NCBI GenBank assembly: GCA_025558095.1
Contig: JAIVFI010000023.1
Coordinates: forward strand, 635,275 to 699,274
DNA from: Hyaloraphidium curvatum SAG 235-1
Lineage: Eukaryota > Fungi > Monoblepharomycota
DNA length: 64,000 nt
Reading direction: 5' to 3'
Each line of letters starts with the position of its first letter. Position 1 is the stretch's first letter. The notes under the pieces were generated by a model. It was not told the origin of the DNA, ran no database searches, and was given only the letters and a program-made list of their open reading frames with translations. Of this stretch, positions 56,707 through 64,000 are shown one piece after another. The position numbers and the translations under genes were made by a program.

Positions 56707-57559
56707 GGCGAGCAGGCAGCCCGGGAGGTGGAGGAGCGATGTGTTTGGCACTGGCACGTGATTCCGAAGTGTGGGAGGCATCCTGGGAAAGCGCACAAAA
56801 GGCAGCGACCGGGGCCGAAAGCGATGGATCTTGCCGCAGACCGGATGCAGCTCGCTGCTCGAACGGCCCGCTTTTGTATCCCCGCGGCTCTGGCGCCGTT
56901 CCCGCCGGGGTTCGCCCTACCCGCTACCCCGCCCGCGAACCCGCCGAGCCGCCGAAACCCCCCCGCGGGCAAACCAACCGCCGTCCGCATGCTGGGGGCC
57001 ACGGTCCCGCCTGGTTTGCACAGCTCCTCTCCCTCGGGCAGTGGCCAGGCAGCCAAAGGTCATCCGGGCTGCGGCTCTCGTCGCGGCGAGTCGCAGCCCC
57101 GCATGCCCAACTCCATGCCCCCCGATCGACCGGCCCCGCGTGCAGAGCAGCCGTTTCCATTTGATTGACATTCACCATCGAGTGCGGCTGGGACTAAAGC
57201 TCAGAGGCTGATGCGGTCGAGCGCGCGATGACGCCCGAGGGAGACAGCCGAGCGTAGGATCCCCTTTGCGCTGCACCTGCACGCAGCGGCCTCTCCGCCG
57301 GCGGCCATCCGTTGCCCTGCGCGGATAATCCTCCCAATACATCCAAGCACTTCCGGGCATCCGCGCCCGCGTCTGGGTCGACGACGTCACCCGCCGTTTG
57401 CCACCCGCGCTATCGCTTCCACAGAACCTTCCACGGGCGAACGTTCGCGCCAATCGCGCCAACCCCACCCAGCGCCACCTCCTTCCCTGCGCCGCGCTCT
57501 TCTGCTTTCCCCTCCCCGCCTCCCGCGCCGCGTTCCCGCCCCATCCCCGCAGCACAGCC

Positions 57560-57715
57560 ATGGGCTGCACCGAATCCAAGGAACCCGCCCCCGCCGCCGC
57601 CTCGACCGCCGCCGCCGCCGTCGCCGGGGGGGGCGACGCGCCGCCGGACCAGCCCAAGCAGCTGCAGCGCAAGGGCACGCAGCCGGTGGGGCCGTTCAAG
57701 AGCTGGAAGGAGTGA
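57560..57715 (+). CDS. 51-aa micro-protein with an N-terminal MGC acylation motif
   Basis: GCC-ATG-G context; MGCTESK...RKGT...; GC3-rich codons. Confidence 0.55.
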   Translation: MGCTESKEPAPAAASTAAAAVAGGGDAPPDQPKQLQRKGTQPVGPFKSWKE

Positions 57716-57992
57716 ACAAGGGCGGGGGACGGGCGGCATGAGGACACGTGATGAGGACTGGGGGGTGGAACTGCGGTTCGGGCGGTGTTTGGACGTTGTT
57801 TTGGACTGGAGGAGGCGTGCGGCGTGGGAGCGGCGGGCGGCGGGTGACCCTCGTGGAGCGCGGGAAGCGGGTTCACGTGCTGATGGGGAAAAGGGCAGAA
57901 CTGCTCGGAGCCGGACGGATCAGGGCATAAGGGCAGCGCGTACAAGCTCTGTTCGACATAGTTCATTGCTCCCCCGGACCGCCCCGCCCGCG

Positions 57993-60371
57993 TCACCGCC
58001 AGTGCTTCTTCAGGTCCGGCAGGTCCCCCCTCTGCCCGATCAGCACGCTCAGGAACCCCGGCCCGGCCTTGCCGTCCGGCGAGTCCGGCGCCGCGGCGGA
58101 GCGCGCGGGGTACTCTTCCCGCGAGTAGGTGGTGCCGATCCGCACGCCGCCGAAGCGCACCTTGGTCCCCGGGGCGGGGAGTTCCGAGGCGGAGGAGGAG
58201 TCCGTGGACGTGTCGGAGGAGGAGGTGTCCGAGGCGGAAGCGGGGCCGTGCGCGAGCGCGGATCGCGGCCGCACGGGGGGCGGGCCGGGGGCGTCGAACC
58301 CGTCCGAGCGGGACCGCGGCAGCGCGGGGCGTGGGGCGGGCGCCGGGTCGTTGTCATCGCGCGGGGTGCGGAAGAAGGGCGGGAGGCTGGAGGAGATGCG
58401 GATCAGCTCCGCGGGGTCGACCGTCCGGGGCGGGTTGGGGAGGGAACGGTCCTTCCGCCCCGCGGGCACGTCGATCGGGTTCGAGCCCCTCCGCCCGGCA
58501 AGAAGGTTGGGCCCGCGGCCCACGGAGCTCCGGAATTCGGGGGCTGCGGGGAGCGGCCGGTACGGCCCGGCGAACGAGTCGTCCCACAGGGTCGGGGACG
58601 GGGCGTCCGAGGGGGGCCGCTCCACCGCGTCGCGGATCTTTGTCCGCGCGGCGAGGTAGCGGTGCAGCCCGCTGGCTTCCAAGAGGGCGAGGCACGAGTC
58701 GATGTCGGCGCGGATGGTCTCCTTGAGCAGCGCGGCGGCGTCGGCCTCGGCGCCGGTCGCGGCGTCCGATGCCGTACGGGAACGGCCGCCCTCGGACACC
58801 AGGTCCCCCGACCCGCCGGCGCCCAGTGACGGCCCGCCCTCGGAGATGTCGCCCGACCCGCCGGCGCTCAGGGACGCCGAGTCGCCCGCCGCCAGGCCCT
58901 CCAGGTGGTCCAGCCGGCGGAGCACGCGCAGGGACGCCGCGGCGGCCTGCAGCGCGGCGTCGCACGCCATCGGGGTGTAGTACGAGCGAGCGTTGAGCCC
59001 CTTTCCCAGGGCGAGCAAGAGCCTTGCGAACCGGGCGAGGGAGGCGGCCCGCCGGGAGGCCTCGTAGAAGGCCCGGGTCTCCCACCAGATGGTGTGCATC
59101 TCCGAGGGCGGGCCGACGTCCATCAGGGCCGTCGCCTCCGAATAAGGCTGAGGGCTCTCCGCTAGGAGGCCGGCGTGTTGTAAAACCATGACGAAGCTCA
59201 GCAGGGCGTGCATGTCGTCGGGGGATCGGAAATCGGGCAGGGCTTCGCGCACGAGCGCCAGGTCGCCCGACACGAGCGCCTCCCGCACGTCCAGCGGCAG
59301 CCCGTTCCGCATCCTGTCCTGCGCCTCGCGGAAGAACGCCCGCCGCCTGACGGCCTCGCGCACGGCCGGGTCCCGCACCAGGGAAACGAACCGCGACTCG
59401 AGGCGGTTGGCCCACGAGGGCAGCAGGGGCCGGCCGGAGCGCACGGCGCCCTTTGAAAAGACGTCCTCGACCACGAGCAGCTCCACGGGCGAGATGCCGG
59501 CGTTGGCCCGCAGCCAGTTGGCAAAGGCGGCCTGCCGGTAGCGCAGCGCGAAGCCGATGACGCCCATGTAGAAGGACGAGGTCTCCTTGATGCGGGCGCA
59601 GGCGTAGGCGACCACGCGCTCCCGGGCCGAGGTCGCGTTGGGGCTGCGGGGCGCCGCGAAGGGGTCCTGCCAGCCGAACAGGTCGCCGAGGGTAAAGTCG
59701 GGGGCCAGGGCGAGCAGTTCGGCGGGCACGGTGTCGCCGGGCCGCGGCGGCGGGATGCGCTGGAGCAGGTGGGGCGGGAAGGGGGCGGGGGCGTCTGCGA
59801 ACCCCGCCACGGGGTCCGGCGGGTCCATGCCGGCCTTTGCCATGCCGATTGCGACGAACGTCTTGACGAGCACGCACGAAAAGACGGTGCCGAGCCACAT
59901 CTGGTGGGCCAGCCAGGCGGCGAGCGGGGGCGGGGCGCCGTCCTTGCCGGTTGGGTTTGGGGGCGAGCGGGCGAACGGGCCGGCGGCGCGGCACACGTCG
60001 AGGGCGGCTGCGACGAGCTCGACGCAGCGCGCGGCGTTTGCCCTGCCGGCGCCGGGCGTGCCGATGCCGTGCGCCCTCAGCAGGCCGAGCGCTGCGCCGG
60101 CCAGGGCGGTGGCGAGCCCCAGCGCGCGCGGCGTCCGCAGCGCCTCCCCGCGCCTCCGCACGGCCTCGACGGAGAAGCGCGCCGTCTCCGCGCTGACCGC
60201 CCGCTCCCACGCGCCGTCCTCCGCGCCGCCCGGCCGGAACCCCGCCGCCGCCCATCGGCGGAGGGCGACCCACGCCGGCCCGTCCGCCGCGCCCGCCGCG
60301 CCCGCGCCCGCCGACGGCAGGTGCACCACGCTCGCCCACGCGCCCAGCGCAGACGCGAGCAGCGACCCCAT
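57993..60371 (-). CDS. Hypothetical protein with a C-terminal PP1-docking (RVxF) module
   Basis: Long ORF with a helical core; the C-terminal KVRFGGVRIGTTYSREEY resembles neurabin/Bni4-type PP1-binding segments. Start uncertain. Confidence 0.6.
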   Translation of the reverse strand: MGSLLASALGAWASVVHLPSAGAGAAGAADGPAWVALRRWAAAGFRPGGAEDGAWERAVSAETARFSVEAVRRRGEALRTPRALGLATALAGAALGLLRAHGIGTPGAGRANAARCVELVAAALDVCRAAGPFARSPPNPTGKDGAPPPLAAWLAHQMWLGTVFSCVLVKTFVAIGMAKAGMDPPDPVAGFADAPAPFPPHLLQRIPPPRPGDTVPAELLALAPDFTLGDLFGWQDPFAAPRSPNATSARERVVAYACARIKETSSFYMGVIGFALRYRQAAFANWLRANAGISPVELLVVEDVFSKGAVRSGRPLLPSWANRLESRFVSLVRDPAVREAVRRRAFFREAQDRMRNGLPLDVREALVSGDLALVREALPDFRSPDDMHALLSFVMVLQHAGLLAESPQPYSEATALMDVGPPSEMHTIWWETRAFYEASRRAASLARFARLLLALGKGLNARSYYTPMACDAALQAAAASLRVLRRLDHLEGLAAGDSASLSAGGSGDISEGGPSLGAGGSGDLVSEGGRSRTASDAATGAEADAAALLKETIRADIDSCLALLEASGLHRYLAARTKIRDAVERPPSDAPSPTLWDDSFAGPYRPLPAAPEFRSSVGRGPNLLAGRRGSNPIDVPAGRKDRSLPNPPRTVDPAELIRISSSLPPFFRTPRDDNDPAPAPRPALPRSRSDGFDAPGPPPVRPRSALAHGPASASDTSSSDTSTDSSSASELPAPGTKVRFGGVRIGTTYSREEYPARSAAAPDSPDGKAGPGFLSVLIGQRGDLPDLKKHWR

Positions 60372-60964
60372 CTCCCCCCAGGCCGGGACACGGAGGGCGG
60401 CGGGGCGGCGCGTCCCCGGCCAACCAGCCGCCGCCGCGCGAAACCCGCTGCAAACTCTAAATCGGGGAGAGAAACCCCGCCGCCGGATCGCCGGGCGGGC
60501 CATGACACGGGGCACAAAGCAACTGCAGCCGGGTGTTGCTGCCTCCGTCTCGGCACATTCCGGGCCGCGGACTGCGTGTTCCTCGGCGCGGCCGGCCGCG
60601 TGGCCGGGGCGCGATCGGGGACTTTGGATCGAAATCGGCCACCCGGCGCATGTCCCCCTCCCGCCTTCCCGCGGGGCGGAAACGCGACGCGGGGGCGGGC
60701 ATTCGCTGCAGCCGATCGCGGAATGTGTAAGGGGGCCCGTTTGGCCGGCACGGGAGGCACGGGTAAGGATGCGCCCGTTTCGGGTCCATCGCCACGGCGG
60801 AAAGCCCGCAGCCGCCCGCCGATCCGCGCGTCCACCGACGGCCGCACGAGATCGGCCCCAAACGATGCGACGCAGATGCATCTTTCCAACAGACATAGCT
60901 GCTAACCTCCCAAAACACAACCGTTCCTCCGTCCCCGCCTCACCCCCGCATGGCCGCCCCCGCC

Positions 60965-63302
60965 TCATCCCCGCACGGCCGCCATGGCCGCCAGCAGCTC
61001 CCCTCCCCTGTCCCCATCCGCCGCCCACGCAAACAGCCCCCTCAACCCCCTCTCCCTGGCAAACGCCGCCTTGCCCGCCACCGCCTCGGGGTTGTCGTAC
61101 GCCCACCACGTCCCCGTCGCGTCGTCGAACCTGTACGCCTGCCCCGCCTCGGCGCGGAACCGCTCGGTTCCCGGCGCCCCGCACAGCACGCGGTAGTCCT
61201 CCGCCCCCGCCTCGAACGTCCCCGGCGCGGGCCCCAGCGCGGGGCGGTACACACCCCCGCCGCGCGGATCGACGCCGGTCCACCCGCGGCCGTAGAACGG
61301 CACGCCCAGCAGGAGCTTGGAGGCGGGAACCCCCTTGGCGAGCAGGTAGTCGATCGCGCCCGCGGCGGTCGTGCCGTGCGGGTGGTCCGGCGCGGCGGGG
61401 TCGGAAAGCAGGCGCGCGTGGAAGCCCGTGGGGCCCGCCGCGTCCCACGCCCCGCGGAAATCGTACGTCATGGCGTTGACCCAGTCCAGGTGCTTGGAGT
61501 ACTCGGCGGGGTCGGTGGCGTCGACCGTGTGCCGCCCCGCGCCGACGGCGGCGGTCAGTCCGTACGCGAGGCCGGTCTCCTCGGAGAGGAGGTCCAGCTG
61601 CCGGCGGACCTCGGCGAGGAGGAGGGAGAAGTTGTTGCCGTCGTCCGGCGAGAGGGTGTTGTAGCCGATGCCCTGGATGCCCGGGTACTCCCTGCAGGGG
61701 AGCAAGGGGGGTGGGGAAGCGTCAGCCTGCGGACCACACGGCCATGCGAGGCGCTCCCCACCAATCGATGTCGATCCCGTCAAACACCCCCCTCCCCGCC
61801 TCCGCGCCCCCCGCGCCCTCCAGCTCCGGCAGGTTGCCCCTCAAATACAGGTCCACGCAGCTGCTCGCCAGGTTCTTGCGCAGCGCCTCGGTCCGTGCGG
61901 CCGCCGAGAACCACCGCGACCACGTCCACCCTCCTATGGAGATGAACACGCGCAGCCCCGGCAGCCGCGCCTTGAGCTTCCTCAGCTGGTTGAAGTTGCC
62001 CCTCAGCCTCGCCCCCGGGGCATCCCCGACCCCGTCCACGCTCTCCCCCGCCGCAAACGGCCGCTGGTAATCCGCCCACGCGTCGCCCCCCGCGCCGTCG
62101 CCCCCTTCGGCGCGGGTGACCATCCCGCAGGCGTAGGTGCCGTCCGGCTGGGGGTAGATGTTGCCAAAGGCGTAGTTGAGGAACGTGGCGTTGGCGGCGG
62201 AGGGGAAGGAGAGGAGGGAGAGGGGGGTGAAGGAGCGCGGGGGGGAGGGTGACCACTGGGTGAAGTAGATGCCGACTTCGGGCTGGATCGGGAACCGGAG
62301 CGGGGCAGGAGACGCCTGCTGCGGGTCAACGGCCGTCGCGGCGGACGACGTGGTCGACGGGGCGGTGCTCGTCGACGGGAGGGCGGTGGTCGACGTCGGG
62401 GAAGGCGGGGCCGTGGCTGTGGGAGACGGGGTAGGGAGCGGGGAGGCGGAGGCGGTCCGCGAGGACGACGCCCCCGAGGTCCGCGACGTCCGCGACCGTG
62501 TTCTCGACGACGTCGACGTCTTCGTTGCCCGCCGAAACACCGCGTTCCACGCCGACGCGGGTTCTGGCCTTCCCCCCGGCCGGATGGTGAGCAGCAGCCG
62601 TCCCGCGCCGGTGCTCCAGAACCTGACCACCCCCTCGTCCGAGATGGTCATCGTCCGGGGGGCAACACCCCCGCTGACGACGGAAAAGGTCGCCCACACG
62701 GTGCCGCGGCACGACAGCGTCAGCCGCCCGCCGGCCCCGAACCGCGTCGCGAAGCGCGGGCACCCCTCGGCCCGCAGCTGCACCGCCGACCGCCATCGGG
62801 GTGCCGACGCCGCCGACGACACGATCCGCGGGTTGCCGTCCGCCCAGAGGAACGCCCACCGCCCGTTGGCGGACCCGATTTCGAGGAGCGGCGAGCCGGA
62901 GAAGGCGGTGTTGCACATCTGACGCCCGGTGACGGCGTTGCGGGCGCAGGCGGCCCGGGGCGGGGCGGCACGAGTTGCGACGGAGGAGATCGCCGCAGAG
63001 GCGTTGGCCCACGCGCCGATGTCCCGCGGGGGGTCCGGCGGGGCGTCCGCAACCGGCGCCGGCCAAGGGCGGCCCTGCCCGCGGTTCGCCCCCATCGCGC
63101 GATCCGCCGCCGGCAGCCGCTCGAACGCATCGGGCCAAACGAGCTGCGCGTCCGCGGCGGGCAAAGCATGCCGGGAGAGCGGGAAGGGCGCGGCGGCGAG
63201 GAGCGCCAGTGCGAGCACGGCCGCCGCGGCCGCCGGACCCCATCGCCGCGCCGCGCGCCCACCGCGCCGCGGGATCGTGCCGCCGCGGCTTATAACAGTC
63301 AT
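60965..63302 (-). CDS. GH18 chitinase (bacterial ChiC-like catalytic domain) with signal anchor and lectin-like N-terminal domain
   Basis: NYAFGNI, GNFNQLRKLK, SIGGWTWS, FDGIDIDW|EYPG (intron 61692-61761), MTYDF, GVPFYGRGW, YDNPE, GLFAW. Confidence 0.92.
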
Positions 63303-63846
63303 TCGAGATGTCAGCACGGCGGGATCATGCCCGCCAGCCGGTAGGATTGGCTGTCTGACTCTTCATTCGGGACGGAGACGCCCCTATAGTAAACTACTAA
63401 GATCAACTATATACACGAAAAGCGAACCCCTGCCCCCCGAAATTTACCCTTCCATCTCGTAGAGCCACTGAGCCGTGCCCTCCACCCGACGACTTACCTC
63501 ACCGGCCGCCCTCCCAGCCGCCGTGGACACCCCCTGCAGCGACCCCGATCCTGAATCCTGGCCGCCCTCCGAAGAACCTCCAGCAGAGCCGCCGCCGTTG
63601 CCGCGAACGCAAAGATTGACCCAGCGTCGGAATATGGGTTCTGTGCCGCGCACCAGGGCCGCCGTAAGCCGCTGGCGTGCGGAAGTCATGAAGAGGGCCC
63701 TCAGCCCATCAATGTCATCCCCGGGGCCGTCAGGGTCAGGGCCGCGGGGGAGGGCGAGGAGAGAGAGCTGTTGAAGAAGCCGCTCGAACTCGGGATGGAA
63801 CGTCCCTGGAGATTCCATCACTGCGGGAACGAGAGAGGTCGGAGTG

Positions 63847-64000
63847 TTAGGTTAGGTTAGGTTAGGTTAGGTTAGGTTAGGTTAGGTTAGGTTAGGTTAG
63901 GTTAGGTTAGGTTAGGTTAGGTTAGGTTAGGTTAGGTTAGGTTAGGTTAGGTTAGGTTAGGTTAGGTTAGGTAGGTTAGGTTAGGTTAGGGTAGGTTGGT
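63847..64000 (+). repeat. Telomeric repeat (TTAGG)n
   Basis: About 30 tandem TTAGG units running to the end of the window, G-rich strand oriented 5'->3' outward, with a few degenerate terminal units. Confidence 0.92.

Overview
This is GC-rich eukaryotic DNA with short (about 55-90 nt) GT-AG introns, dense genes and fungal-type proteins (Btb1/IBTK-like, an Ahc1-type Zn finger/SWIRM protein, phytochelatin synthase). By inference it comes from an early-diverging zoosporic fungus (chytrid/monoblepharid-like). The window ends in a (TTAGG)n tract, so it is most likely the last 64 kb of a chromosome arm, with an arthropod-type rather than TTAGGG telomere. About 30 genes or pseudogenes can be reconstructed by hand; most long ORFs in the supplied track are GC-rich shadow frames. 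Highlights: (1) a bacterial-type class III adenylate cyclase fused to a hemerythrin, whose last iron-ligand motif appears only after splicing (a candidate O2/redox-sensing cAMP source); (2) a co-oriented GST-SnoaL-SDR-BVMO catabolic cluster, with several enzymes ending in PTS1-like tripeptides; (3) secreted proteins with bacterial-type modules (GH18 chitinase, M8-like protease, Ig/beta-propeller), two of which share an unnamed bulb-lectin-like N-terminal domain; (4) two inverted, broken BTB paralogues flanking a block of secreted-protein genes; (5) an interrupted, divergent di-ubiquitin. All family assignments come from motif recognition by eye, and exon boundaries are manual estimates.
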